Of a DNA stretch of 64,000 bases, positions 49,870-59,722 are shown piece by piece. Below the pieces are notes generated by a model. That model saw nothing but the letters and a program-made list of their open reading frames with translations, ran no database searches and was not told the origin of the DNA. The first letter of the stretch is position 1; each line of letters starts with the position of its first letter. Origin of the DNA: an uncultured Fibrobacterota bacterium (lineage in GTDB: Bacteria; Fibrobacterota; Chitinivibrionia; Chitinivibrionales; FEN-1185); the NCBI GenBank assembly GCA_963753345.1, contig CAVWBU010000026.1:228398-292397 (forward strand), written 5' to 3'. Position numbers and translations under genes: made by a program.

Positions 49870-50913
49870 ATGCCGCCTGTTCCATCAAGATCCCGTTTCT
49901 CCACTGTCTCCATTGTCAACATTGTCCTGACGGGCTCGTTCCTGCTGCTTCCGGTTCCCGCCTCTTCCGCAACCATCACCTGGGCCGGCCATGCGTGGAA
50001 CGTGACCACGGGCGGCATGGCCGGAAACAACACGGGTGCTGCGGGCAACGTTGTCGTTGATGCCGATGGTTATCTGCATCTCAAGATTGCACAATCGGGC
50101 GGCACATGGACCTGCGCCGAGATGTTTTCCGCCGATACCATGGGCTTCGGCACCTACCGGTGGCAGGTTGATGCGCCTGTTGACAAATTGGACAAGAATG
50201 TGGTGCTCGGGCTTTTCCCGTACGGGCCGGAAGGCGGGATCGGCGCGGACGGCACCAACGAAATCGACATCGAGTATGCCCGGTGGGGAAATAGCGCCTG
50301 GCCGAACGGCAATTACACGGTGTACCCGAATTCCGGATCAACGGTGGGGGAGACAACCTTCAATTTCACCCTGACCGGCACCTACACCACATCGTCGTTT
50401 GCATGGACATCCACCGGCATCGCCTTTTCGAGCCAGGAAGGCCTCAAGGCGGCCGGCGATAACACCGGAATTATCAAGAGCTGGACCTATGCTCCGTCAA
50501 ATCCTGGCGTCAATATTCCCCAGAGGGCCATGCCGCTCGGCATGAACCTCTGGCTCTGCAGCGGCTGCGGCGGCGCGCCGAGCAATGGCCAGAGTGTGGA
50601 TGTGACGATACGGAGCTTTGAGTTTATTGCGGCGGGAACAGGGGTAGTGAAGGGGAGCAGGAAGGCTGAGCATGAAGTCAATTCGGTGACGTTTTCGGTT
50701 CATGGGAGATGTATCATTGCAAAGCTTGACAAACCTGCGCTTCGGAATATTAGAATGCAGGTTCTTGACACACGAGGCCATCTTTTACATGATGTGACCA
50801 TACCAGCAGGCAATGATAATTACACAATTCCCCGGCTCGGCATAGGCGCTTATGTTGTAGCAATTTCTGAAGTTGCAATTCTGAATCGGATTCTAATTGT
50901 ATTCCAGAGGTGA
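49870..50913 (+). CDS. Secreted GH16-family glycoside hydrolase with a C-terminal sorting tail
   Basis: NVVVDADGYLHLKI, GFGTY and the catalytic EIDIE motif; C-terminal LDTRG..GAYVV tail. Start uncertain. Confidence 0.8.
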   Translation: MPPVPSRSRFSTVSIVNIVLTGSFLLLPVPASSATITWAGHAWNVTTGGMAGNNTGAAGNVVVDADGYLHLKIAQSGGTWTCAEMFSADTMGFGTYRWQVDAPVDKLDKNVVLGLFPYGPEGGIGADGTNEIDIEYARWGNSAWPNGNYTVYPNSGSTVGETTFNFTLTGTYTTSSFAWTSTGIAFSSQEGLKAAGDNTGIIKSWTYAPSNPGVNIPQRAMPLGMNLWLCSGCGGAPSNGQSVDVTIRSFEFIAAGTGVVKGSRKAEHEVNSVTFSVHGRCIIAKLDKPALRNIRMQVLDTRGHLLHDVTIPAGNDNYTIPRLGIGAYVVAISEVAILNRILIVFQR

Positions 50914-51004
50914 GAAATTGAGAAGCGGCAGGAAAGGCGTTCATTATTTCTTTTTTAATAATCCGGCCGGCGCAAGAAGAATTACTTGACTTATGATAAA
51001 TCTG

Positions 51005-51152
51005 CTGCCGCGCGTTAGGTGGACCGGAGGGTGAGCAAGAGCGAATTGCCGGCTGACCCCTCCCCGAAGGGGACTAGGGCGGCCCGGCAACGAGGCGAAC
51101 AGCCGAGCCCGGAGTGAGACCGACCCGCGCCTGAGGCGCGGGGAACGCCCAG
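51005..51152. repeat. Module 1 of the structured intergenic element, copy 4 (inverted)
   Basis: The reverse complement reads CTGGGCGTTCCCC-hairpin-GGGTCGGTCTC.CTCCGGGCTCGG...CTCCGGTCCACCTAACGCGCGGCAG, closest to copy 3. Confidence 0.82.
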
Positions 51153-51158
51153 GTTTTT

Positions 51159-52157
51159 TTAGTTTTTCGGTGGAATCTCAATTTCTTTTTTCTCCATCGG
51201 ATACGCAAGGCCCCATTGGGCGCGCATGGAATCCATTATCTCCATGACCGCGAGCGAATCCGACAGGGGCATTAGGTCACTCTCCAGCCTGCCTTCCGCG
51301 ATGCACCGCATGACCTCTTCCGCCTCGTATTCGTAGCCGTTGGCCCTGAACGGGATTGTGATTTCCCTTTTGTCGCCGGCAAAAACCGTGGCGGTTACCG
51401 CGCGCCAGAACGACGGAATGCGGATGGAACCGCTTGTGCCGAAGATGTTCGCTTCATTGGCGGTCTGGGCAATAATGGCGCTTGATAAAAGCGCCATTTC
51501 TCCTTTGTCGTAGCGCAGGATCGCTGCGGCCTGTTCGTCCACGCCGGTTGGCCCGAGCGAAGCCGCGCTCGCCAGGGCCGACGGCGTCCTGTTGAAAACC
51601 ATGAACGCCATTGCCACGCTGTAAACGCCGACGTCGAGGAGCGAGCCGCCCCCAAGCGCGGGATCAAAAAGCCGCGATCCGGGATTTGCCTCCGCGCGAA
51701 AGCCGAAATCCGCCGTGAGCATCCGGACATCGCCGATGACTCCGTCCGTCAGCAATTCGCGCACCTTGCGTATGACAGGCAAAAACCGCGTCCACATCGC
51801 CTCCATCAGGAAAAGTTTTTTCGTCCTTGCGACGGCGGTCATCTCCTCCGCTTCTTTGCGATTGATCGCAAAAGGCTTTTCGCAGAGAACAGGTTTGCCG
51901 CCGTTGAGACAAAGAATGGTGTGCGCTTTGTGAAGCGCATGGGGCGTGGCCACATATACCGCGTCCACCTTGGGATCGGCAACAAGTGCATCATAGCCGG
52001 CATACCATTTTGTCGGGTTGTGCTTTTCCGCGAACTCGCGAGCTTTGGTTTCGCTCCGCGAGGCAACCGCGTGCAACTGCGCGTTCGGGACCGCGAGTAA
52101 CGCATCGGCAAACTTATCGGCAATGTTACCGCAGCCGAGGATTCCCCATTTTGTCAT
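51159..52157 (-). CDS. Gfo/Idh/MocA-family oxidoreductase
   Basis: WGILGCG.IA, VYVATP, LCEKP, MEAMWTRF and GGGSLLDVGVY. Confidence 0.92.
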   Translation of the reverse strand: MTKWGILGCGNIADKFADALLAVPNAQLHAVASRSETKAREFAEKHNPTKWYAGYDALVADPKVDAVYVATPHALHKAHTILCLNGGKPVLCEKPFAINRKEAEEMTAVARTKKLFLMEAMWTRFLPVIRKVRELLTDGVIGDVRMLTADFGFRAEANPGSRLFDPALGGGSLLDVGVYSVAMAFMVFNRTPSALASAASLGPTGVDEQAAAILRYDKGEMALLSSAIIAQTANEANIFGTSGSIRIPSFWRAVTATVFAGDKREITIPFRANGYEYEAEEVMRCIAEGRLESDLMPLSDSLAVMEIMDSMRAQWGLAYPMEKKEIEIPPKN

Positions 52158-52189
52158 GGTTGAGGTCCTTATAGTGGGTGTATGCGGGG

Positions 52190-52322
52190 AAACGCCGGAC
52201 CCAATATGCCTGACTGCGACCGCATTTTCTCTCCGCAAACAACGAATCTTGTATGAAGAACCGGCCACCCGCACGCCAAAGCTGTTTGCAAATGCGGAAG
52301 GTCATGATTGAGCGACGTATTT
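52190..52322 (-). repeat. Degenerate integron attC site A (distal end of the array)
   Basis: The central ~115 bp is nearly identical to the intact attCs. The R'' box is lost and R' is reduced to GTT. Confidence 0.8.
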
Positions 52323-52392
52323 GATGGCAGCGCAAGCAAATTACAGGCATTTGTTCAGGAAGCCCTCAGTAGTTCTCCCAGGCTTCCTGGCA

Positions 52393-53727
52393 TTATTTCC
52401 GAACGAGCGCAAAAAGACTCTTGGAATTTCCGTAAATACTCCTGCAGGTCGCTAGGTACATTCCGTTGGGAAATTCAAGGTCCGGAATGGATACACTGCC
52501 GTCTGATACATGTGTCGAAAACGAGCGAACGAGCCGGCCGTTGGGTGAATGGATTGATATCTCAAGCGCCGTGCCGTTGAGCCCTTGAGGAAAACGAATG
52601 GAAATTTTGGTCCCGGACTGCTGAACAGACATCCACTGTTTGTCTTCGACGCTTGAGCTTGGGTAAGAAACAATACCCAAGCTGACTGGAGTGGATAAAA
52701 TTGTTCCGTGTGTCCCTACGATTACGATACGATTTGCGTTGGAAACCACAGACAGCAGTGTTTCCTTGACGGTATTTCCCGCCTCGGTCCACGTAGCGTC
52801 TCCATCGAAGAACAAAATCGTTCCTGAATCGCCTATTGTCACGAATTCACGTCCCGTCCAGGTGACGGCATTCAGGTTGATGTCTGTCAGCGTGCCGGAG
52901 GCGGCCAGGTTTATTTGAGTCGGAACCGTATGGCGTACCCAATTTGTGCCATCCTGGGAAGTCAAGACTTCGGGCATTGACGAAAAGTTGCAGGGGGCAG
53001 AAAAGGACCTTGGGCCGACAACCGCGAACACAGTGCCGGTCCCGCCGACGAAACCGGAGCTTCCTCCAAGGGAAGAGTCTACGCTGGTCCAAGCGATGCC
53101 ATCCTTGGATGATGAAATTCTGTACTGGTACGACTCGCCTTGCACGATGGAGCCCCCGCAATAGCACGCACCTGAGCACCAATTGTATTCGTTCTGGAAA
53201 AGGACGAAATTGGATCCTGACCAACAGATTGATTGGATGGTGGTTGGAAATTGAAGAGCCGTGCTGTCAATGGGGCCTGGTGCTGTTCCCACAGTCCATG
53301 AGCTGCCGTCTTTTGAAAGGACGATACTGTTGAATCCGTAACCGGCAACAAATTGGCTTCCAGACCAGGCAACAGCACCTATTCTCGCATTCGGCAAGCC
53401 GACATCGATTTTCTGCCAAGTCGACCCGTTGCCGGAGTAAATGAGAGCTCCGGAGTCTCCGCATGCCAACGCCCGCGTTCCTGCCCATGTCGCGGCCAAC
53501 AGGTTTCTCGAAGTGCCCGACACCTGTTTTGTCCATGCCAGGCCATCTCCTGAGGTCAGAACTACGCCGCTATCCCCGACGGCAATGAATTCCTGGCCGG
53601 ACCAAAGAACAGAATGAAGTGTTGCCGATGTTCCAGAAACGCTTTGCGTCCAGGCATTTTGCGTTGCGGAAAATGCTTGCAAAAAGCATAGCATGAGAAA
53701 CGTCGCGGTTGAAATTAATGTTTTCAT
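52393..53727 (-). CDS. Secreted BNR/YCF48-like beta-propeller protein with a C-terminal sorting tail
   Basis: Repeats L.SV.WSG..F.AVGDSG..LTS.DG..W; tail FPNGMYL. Confidence 0.8.
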   Translation of the reverse strand: MKTLISTATFLMLCFLQAFSATQNAWTQSVSGTSATLHSVLWSGQEFIAVGDSGVVLTSGDGLAWTKQVSGTSRNLLAATWAGTRALACGDSGALIYSGNGSTWQKIDVGLPNARIGAVAWSGSQFVAGYGFNSIVLSKDGSSWTVGTAPGPIDSTALQFPTTIQSICWSGSNFVLFQNEYNWCSGACYCGGSIVQGESYQYRISSSKDGIAWTSVDSSLGGSSGFVGGTGTVFAVVGPRSFSAPCNFSSMPEVLTSQDGTNWVRHTVPTQINLAASGTLTDINLNAVTWTGREFVTIGDSGTILFFDGDATWTEAGNTVKETLLSVVSNANRIVIVGTHGTILSTPVSLGIVSYPSSSVEDKQWMSVQQSGTKISIRFPQGLNGTALEISIHSPNGRLVRSFSTHVSDGSVSIPDLEFPNGMYLATCRSIYGNSKSLFALVRK

Positions 53728-53749
53728 TGTTGGCTGCCTTTCCAAAATG

Positions 53750-53858
53750 AATCCCGCGCGAGCGCATTCCTCGAAGCTTGCTTCGGGGTTAGCGAGCGAC
53801 TATAGATATGTTTTATTCCATAGGGATGGAAAGATTCCTCGCAGCTTGCTGCGGGGTC
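53750..53858. repeat. Non-autonomous palindromic element (MITE/REPIN-like)
   Basis: Two CCTCG.AGCTTGCT.CGGGG hairpins; matches 36396-36512. Confidence 0.8.
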
Positions 53859-53963
53859 TTTCAATTGAAACACTGGCCCCTTCGAACAAATACTCTCTTT
53901 GATCATTGTTTATTCCTGTACGGTATTTTAAATTGTTGGTACGTGACAATTAATGCACCACAT

Positions 53964-54099
53964 TCCGGCCGGAGCTAATATGCCTGACTGCGACCGCATT
54001 TTCCCTGCGCAAACCACGAATCTTGTATGAAGAACCAACAACCCGCAAACCAAGGCCGTTTGCAAATGCGGAAGGTCATGATTTAGCGCGTTGTTAGAA
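53964..54099 (-). repeat. attC site B (R' box lost)
   Basis: Minus-strand R'' TTCTAAC with the long consensus body; the GTTRRRY end is replaced by unrelated sequence. Confidence 0.88.
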
Positions 54100-54109
54100 T
54101 GCCTCAATC

Positions 54110-54619
54110 TTATTGTTTTGCAATCCATAAACTGTCGTTCTGATTGAAATGCAAAGAATGAATTGCATATTCCTGAGAGTAGCACAGTTTCAAATTACTG
54201 CACAATCGCCACCCATAGATCGTTTTGACTAATTTGTAAATGCCAGTTCTAGTTTGTTTGTCTTTTATTAATACAAAGCCCTTTGCATCCTGGTCAAGGT
54301 GCGCCAAGAGCAAATACTTGGTTTCTACAAAGGCCGAGTCTGCTTTTATTATTACCTTTGTTATTTCTTCACTTTTGAATAAATCTGCAACATCCCAGCC
54401 GGGTAAACCATTTGGACATAACACTACGGTATCTAGCCATGGATTTGTTTTGCTAAATTCCCCATTCAAATTTCTCTTGATTACTTCCTCAATAATTTGT
54501 CTTGGCTCAATGCCAGTTTCTTTCAACAAAGTTCCACATTGTTTAAATAGAGCAGTGTCGTTAATCTGACAAAGGCTGGAACAAGAAAGAATGCAAATTA
54601 GAAAGGCAACTATTTTCAT
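54110..54619 (-). CDS. Cassette-encoded exported hypothetical protein
   Basis: AT-rich, with an RBS; stop 10 bp before attC B; cassette bounded by GTTAGAATG/CATTCTAAC. Confidence 0.8.
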   Translation of the reverse strand: MKIVAFLICILSCSSLCQINDTALFKQCGTLLKETGIEPRQIIEEVIKRNLNGEFSKTNPWLDTVVLCPNGLPGWDVADLFKSEEITKVIIKADSAFVETKYLLLAHLDQDAKGFVLIKDKQTRTGIYKLVKTIYGWRLCSNLKLCYSQEYAIHSLHFNQNDSLWIAKQ

Positions 54620-54645
54620 CTTTTATTCCTTTTTTTCATTCTAAC

Positions 54646-56479
54646 GAGCCTGTAGAAAAACCCTCTTTTCAATAAAATCGAATTCCCCTTGTGCTCTGTC
54701 AAGTCAATTCGTACTCTTTGCGGAAAGGTAAGAAGGGAAGTTCAGAACTGTCCTGCCGATGGAGTTTCTAAGCGATTTTGAGGCCTTTTTTGCCCCCTAT
54801 CGATGGACAATTCAGCCCTCTGGTCCTTTTCAATGGCCATAGGAAGGTCCATACCGGTAAATCTTGAAGATGTTGTGCACCATCGAATACAGCTTCCATT
54901 GCGTATCGGCCTTTATCCTGCCGCGTAGGGTAATCCGGTCGAGGCCGAGCGTGCGGCAGATGTTGGCGAACACCGGCTCAACCGTGCCCATTCGCCTGCT
55001 GTAAATGTACCTGCCGAATGCGGAGTCGAATTTCGCTATCATCCGTTTGGTATAGGACCCCGTCGATCTTTGGCCGGATTGATCGAACTTCACTACCTGC
55101 CGCCGCTCCGTGTGGTCAAGCCGCAAACACTGCTTTCGAATTTCACACACAAGGCAGTTCGCCTTCTTCCCGGCATAGGCGATCCCGTGTTCGCCATGCT
55201 TCCCGACATAATTCTTGTTCAGCACGTAAAGTTTGTTACCTGCCGGGCACGTGAGCGTGCCGTCGGATTCGTTCATGATAAAATCACTTGGGGTAAAGTA
55301 GTGCTTTGACCGTACAGGCGTCTTGTTGCGGTCAATCGGATTCTTGTGCCGGTCTGCATCGCCAAACCGAGGGTCGCGCTTGCGGAATTTATTGTCCGCA
55401 ACATAACCGTCGACTCCTTCTTCCGCAAGCATCCGCATGTTCGCTTCGCTATGAAAACCGCTGTCCGCAGTGACTTTCGCTTGAGTGAAAATGTCGGGCT
55501 CGCCAATGGCCTCAAAGTTCTCGCGCACTCCATCGACCATCGGTTTCAAAAGAGCGTTATCCGTTCCGTCGCTGAATGCCTCCGCATGCACGATCACCTG
55601 GTGCTTTTCGTCAACCGCTGCCGCGCCGTTGTAGCCCTGAATAACACCGTGCGAACTCGGCATTTTTGCGGTTTCGTTGTCCGTGATATTGCTCTTCTTC
55701 GCCTGTCCTGCAGCACCGACCTTGTCGTCGTTTTTCCGCAGCCAGCGGTCGATCTTGCGGACCTTCGAACGCAGGTGGCTGATCGCTTTCCTCTCCTTCT
55801 TCCTTATATCCTCGCCAAGCTCGCGTTGATCGCACTCCTGGTGTTTACGCAAAAGGAATCGTACCTGGTACTCTATCTTCTTCTTCCGCTTCTCAAAGTC
55901 CTCGCGCGTGCCGCTCCACTCCTTGGCACAGTTCGAAGACATTTTGCAGCCATCAATCGCGAACATCTGGCGGCTGACCAAGCCTTCTTCCGCGCAGTAC
56001 AACAGAATGTCGCGAAAAAGCGGCGTGATCTCCTCGTGCATCGACGAAATAAAATGCGCAATCGTCGTAAAATGCGGCTTGGTATCGGCCGAGAGCGCCA
56101 TGAACATCACGTTCTCCTCGCAGCACCGTGCTACGTCGCGGCTGTGCATGATGCCGCGGGAATAGCCATACAGCACGATCTTGAGCATGATACGAGGATC
56201 GTAGGCCGGTGCGCCGGTCTCGTCGTTGGAAAACCGGCCATCGAAAACTGACAGGTCCAATACATTATCCACGATCTCGCTCAGCGCGAACTCGAAACTG
56301 CCGGGAATAATCTGCTCGCGAAACGTGACGGGGATAAGCTTCCCTTGTTCGTAGGAGTAGTCTTTGTAGCGGGCCATCAGCCGTCCTTCCTTACTAGTAT
56401 CTGTTTACAAATAATATAAGGAAAGAAGGCCGGAATTTCAGACAAAAGTGAGGCGGAAGGGGGCTTTTTCTACAGGCTC
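54646..56479 (-). mobile_element. IS1182-family insertion sequence inserted at the R' core site of attC C
   Basis: Perfect 15-bp terminal inverted repeats GAGCCTGTAGAAAAA, flanked by an AAC direct repeat (54643-54645 and 56480-56482). Confidence 0.92.
54830..56377 (-). CDS. IS1182-family DDE transposase
   Basis: GAPAYDPRIMLKIVLYGY (DUF772-like), AIDG.K, QGYN, ADSGF, CPAG and R...VEPVF. Confidence 0.92.
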   Translation of the reverse strand: MARYKDYSYEQGKLIPVTFREQIIPGSFEFALSEIVDNVLDLSVFDGRFSNDETGAPAYDPRIMLKIVLYGYSRGIMHSRDVARCCEENVMFMALSADTKPHFTTIAHFISSMHEEITPLFRDILLYCAEEGLVSRQMFAIDGCKMSSNCAKEWSGTREDFEKRKKKIEYQVRFLLRKHQECDQRELGEDIRKKERKAISHLRSKVRKIDRWLRKNDDKVGAAGQAKKSNITDNETAKMPSSHGVIQGYNGAAAVDEKHQVIVHAEAFSDGTDNALLKPMVDGVRENFEAIGEPDIFTQAKVTADSGFHSEANMRMLAEEGVDGYVADNKFRKRDPRFGDADRHKNPIDRNKTPVRSKHYFTPSDFIMNESDGTLTCPAGNKLYVLNKNYVGKHGEHGIAYAGKKANCLVCEIRKQCLRLDHTERRQVVKFDQSGQRSTGSYTKRMIAKFDSAFGRYIYSRRMGTVEPVFANICRTLGLDRITLRGRIKADTQWKLYSMVHNIFKIYRYGPSYGH

Positions 56480-56550
56480 AACGCCAACTTAAGCCGCCGG
56501 TAAGACTGCATACCGCAGTAGCCGGTCATGGCTTGAAGTTGTTGTTAGGC
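56480..56550 (-). repeat. attC site C (short type, about 75 bp)
   Basis: Minus strand GCCTAAC-AACAA-CTTCAAGC...GCTTAAG-TTGGC-GTT, the standard R''-L''-L'-R' layout with an extrahelical base. Confidence 0.9.
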
Positions 56551-56825
56551 ATGTCTTCGTATTTTTTGTTTTCTTTTCTTGTCTCTTGCCAATAAGATAC
56601 GCTTCGGAGGATGGGTCCGTCCAGATTTTTCCGATAATCCCTTCATGGTCGCAAAACCGTGGTGACGCTCGTCACATTTTATCGCGGTTGAAGCATTTTC
56701 GCGATTGTCAGATGATATGCCGAATTTTTGGTAAGGGCCTGGTTTTTCCGTTGATTACGTAAAGTCGAGGTTTGCGGCACGGCGCTTGATTTGTTTCTCC
56801 GGTTTCACCCTCCGGAGAACGTGTC

Positions 56826-58259
56826 ATGCCGCAAGCCGCAATTACTTGCCGAAGCCCCGCCGCGCCAAAAGGCAAGGCAGGGTTGCCCCGCAAATTCTAC
56901 CGCCCGCGCGACCATGCCGCTTCGCCCTTTTTCAAGATTGTCCGCGACCGGTTTGACGAGTTCGAGCGCGTGTACCCGGAGCGTTTTCAGCAGCGGTACG
57001 GCTACTGGAGGCCGGTTATACGCTCCTCGATTGACAAATTTCTTAAGTGTGGCGACGTCAAAGAAGGTTTCGCTCGCGTCAAGTGCAAGGACTGCGGGGA
57101 GGAGTTCTTTGTCGCGTTCTCCTGCCGTCAGCGGTCGTGCTGCCCGTCATGCGACCAGAAGCGGGCGCTGCTGCTGGGGCTTCGGCTGCAGGAAGAAGTT
57201 CTGGCTGAGGTTCCACACTTGCAGTGGGTGTTCACTATACCGAAGCGGCTGCGGGTTTACTTCCGCTACGACAGAAAGTTGCTTGGCAAGCTCTGCCGGG
57301 CCGCCTACGATACCGTGTGCGCCGTTTACGCGCTGGAGCTAGACGGCGATTGCGGCGTTCCCGCAATGGTAGGCGCGGTGCAGACGTTCGGCGATCTCAT
57401 TCACTGGCATTCGCATATTCACGCGATAGTGCCCGAGGGCGTGTTCACGGCCACGGGGCATTTTGTGCACATTCCCGACATCTGGCGTCACAGGGCTGCG
57501 GACATCTGGCAGGAGAAGGTGTTTGACCTGATGCTTGACGAGTTCAAGATAGACATCGAGACTGCGGCGAACATGCGGGCGTGGCGGCACTCAGGGTTTA
57601 ACGTGGACCACTCGGTCCGTATCGAGGCCGGAAACCACACGGGCATGCAGCGGCTGGTGGAGTATATCTCCCGGTGCCCGTTCAGCCTCGCACGCATGGT
57701 CACGCTCATGGACAACGGTAAGATTGTGTATCGCGCATCAAAGGGGAAGTGCTTCCCGTTCCCGCACACAGGCGACCCGGTTTTGCCGGAGCGCTGCACG
57801 CCGCCGATTCAGACGCTCATGGAAGGCATACCGCGAAACTTCGAGGTGTTTGACCCGCTCGACTTTCTGGCTGAAGTCACGCAGCATATTCCCAATAAGG
57901 GTGAGCACCAGATACGGTATTATGGTTGGTATTCTAACAAGAAGCGAGGAATGCAGGAAAAAAAGGTTGCCGCGCTAGGGCAGCCGGAGCCGGACACCAC
58001 TTTTAGGCGGAAATGCCGCATGACCTGGGCGGCCTTGATAAAGTGCGTTTACGAGGTAGACCCGCTCAAATGTCCGAAGTGCGGGGGTGAGATGCGGATC
58101 GTCTCGTTCATCGAGCAAGAACTGGTAATTGAGAAGATTCTGAGGCACTGCGGCCTGTGGAAGGAACAGGCGCCGCGCCCGCCGCCGGAAGATAAGTTGC
58201 CGCTCGTCGCCGCAGAACCTACGCTCGAATATGGGTTTTTCGAGAAAACCTGTGCCTGA
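56826..58259 (+). CDS. IS91-family (Y2, rolling-circle) transposase with a Zn-binding domain
   Basis: CGD...GFARVKC..C, FSCRQRSCCPSC, WVFTIPK.LR, QTFG....WHSHIH (HUH), HSGFNV, YISR, IRYYGWYSN and YEVDPL.CP.CGG.M. Confidence 0.92.
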   Translation: MPQAAITCRSPAAPKGKAGLPRKFYRPRDHAASPFFKIVRDRFDEFERVYPERFQQRYGYWRPVIRSSIDKFLKCGDVKEGFARVKCKDCGEEFFVAFSCRQRSCCPSCDQKRALLLGLRLQEEVLAEVPHLQWVFTIPKRLRVYFRYDRKLLGKLCRAAYDTVCAVYALELDGDCGVPAMVGAVQTFGDLIHWHSHIHAIVPEGVFTATGHFVHIPDIWRHRAADIWQEKVFDLMLDEFKIDIETAANMRAWRHSGFNVDHSVRIEAGNHTGMQRLVEYISRCPFSLARMVTLMDNGKIVYRASKGKCFPFPHTGDPVLPERCTPPIQTLMEGIPRNFEVFDPLDFLAEVTQHIPNKGEHQIRYYGWYSNKKRGMQEKKVAALGQPEPDTTFRRKCRMTWAALIKCVYEVDPLKCPKCGGEMRIVSFIEQELVIEKILRHCGLWKEQAPRPPPEDKLPLVAAEPTLEYGFFEKTCA

Positions 58260-58501
58260 CATCCCCGAATATTTTTTTGCTTGCACCGAAGCCACGAGAC
58301 AGGTATTCCCGGATTTGACAATTGTGGGCGAAAACACCTATATTTTCTCGTGAAGCCGTTCAAGGTGCGGACGTCGGGAACGGGAAAGCGGGGCAAGATT
58401 TGAGCGTCTGTAAAGAAACTTTCCTTATACGCCCACTCTCTCGCAAAAAATTAAACTTCCTATCAGTTGCTGCTGCAAATGGAACAACAAAGGAGAATTC
58501 C

Positions 58502-59197
58502 ATGAAAAGCAATGTGTTGCGAATCTGCCGAGGCTTAGCGTGTTATGCCTGCATTCTGTCGGTTTGGCTCATTGCGTCCTGCATGCCGTCGCTGAACTCC
58601 ACCTCAAGCGGGAATACTAATCCTCCTGGAGTTCCTACGGGCGTCCGGATTACGGGTTCAACAATAGCAACGGTTTCTCTGCAGTGGAATACCGTGTCCG
58701 GCGCATCGTCGTACACAGTGTATTATACGCTCGACGGTTCCCATCCTGGCCCGAACAACAGCACCGATTACCTTTCGGACATCACCACCGCCTCGGCGGT
58801 TCTGTCACAGATTGAGTGCTCGGCCGGCCAGCCGATCGAGGTCGCGGTTACCGCGTCCAACGACAATGGAGAAAGCAACGCGAGTGCAATGGTCGCCTGT
58901 TCGACGCTCGTTCCCACGAATGTCGTGGTTACCCCTGCCGACAGCGGCAAATTTGCCGTCACGTGGTCCGCGGTCTCAGGCGCAGCTTCGTACAACGTCT
59001 ACGAGCAGAACAGCGCCATCGATTCGGCCACCGGACCCACGGAATCGAGCTATGGCCAGGAATATACCGGCAAGTCGTCGCCGTTCCACTGGATCAACGC
59101 AGCCAAGGGACATTATTACCACTTCGCAATCTCTGCGGTCGACGCCAGCGGCAACGAGGGCGGGCTGAGCCTGATCGGGAAGGCAGTAGCGCAATAG
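58502..59197 (+). CDS. Lipoprotein with two fibronectin type III domains
   Basis: AAGGAG RBS, lipobox IASC, W..VSGA.SY.VY twice, VTASN..GES. Confidence 0.82.
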   Translation: MKSNVLRICRGLACYACILSVWLIASCMPSLNSTSSGNTNPPGVPTGVRITGSTIATVSLQWNTVSGASSYTVYYTLDGSHPGPNNSTDYLSDITTASAVLSQIECSAGQPIEVAVTASNDNGESNASAMVACSTLVPTNVVVTPADSGKFAVTWSAVSGAASYNVYEQNSAIDSATGPTESSYGQEYTGKSSPFHWINAAKGHYYHFAISAVDASGNEGGLSLIGKAVAQ

Positions 59198-59722
59198 GCT
59201 TATGTAGCATGGTTGGGCTACATGCAAGTGCAAGATGAGAAGACGTGCGGCAAAGGTGAGCTTTTGTAAATGCAAATTCAACTAACATTTCAAGAGCTGG
59301 AAGGGCCTGGCCGGCCCTTAGACCCGCTTGAGAAAATGCGATTATGTCGCCCACCCACCTCCCTCCGGGAGGCTTTTTACGGTAGATTTGTTTGGTGTTT
59401 TTTTTTCTCGACTAATAACTATTGCAATTACCTTTGTTGGTGGATCCGTTATGAAAAAGTCAATTAAGCTTGTTGCAATATCATTTGCTACCTTGATTTT
59501 TGTAGTGATTCAATATTTTGGATCGACGGGGCGTGCTACGATCGCATTTCCGCAAGTCCTTGGGCTACCGAGATAATTGTTGTGTAGCCAATTTCACGCT
59601 TTGCTTTGCCGTCGCTGGGCGTAAATGGCAGGCCTGCGGCAAGCACGATTGCTTTGTATGATGGGGCAAATCGCAAGACGCGGTAACGTACAATTGCCGA
59701 AAACTCCAGAATCGGAAATCCA

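Noticed and set aside
59451-59576. Short signal-peptide-like ORF MKKSIKLVAISF
   Set aside because: About 41 codons with no recognisable domain; probably a truncated fragment, so not listed as a gene.
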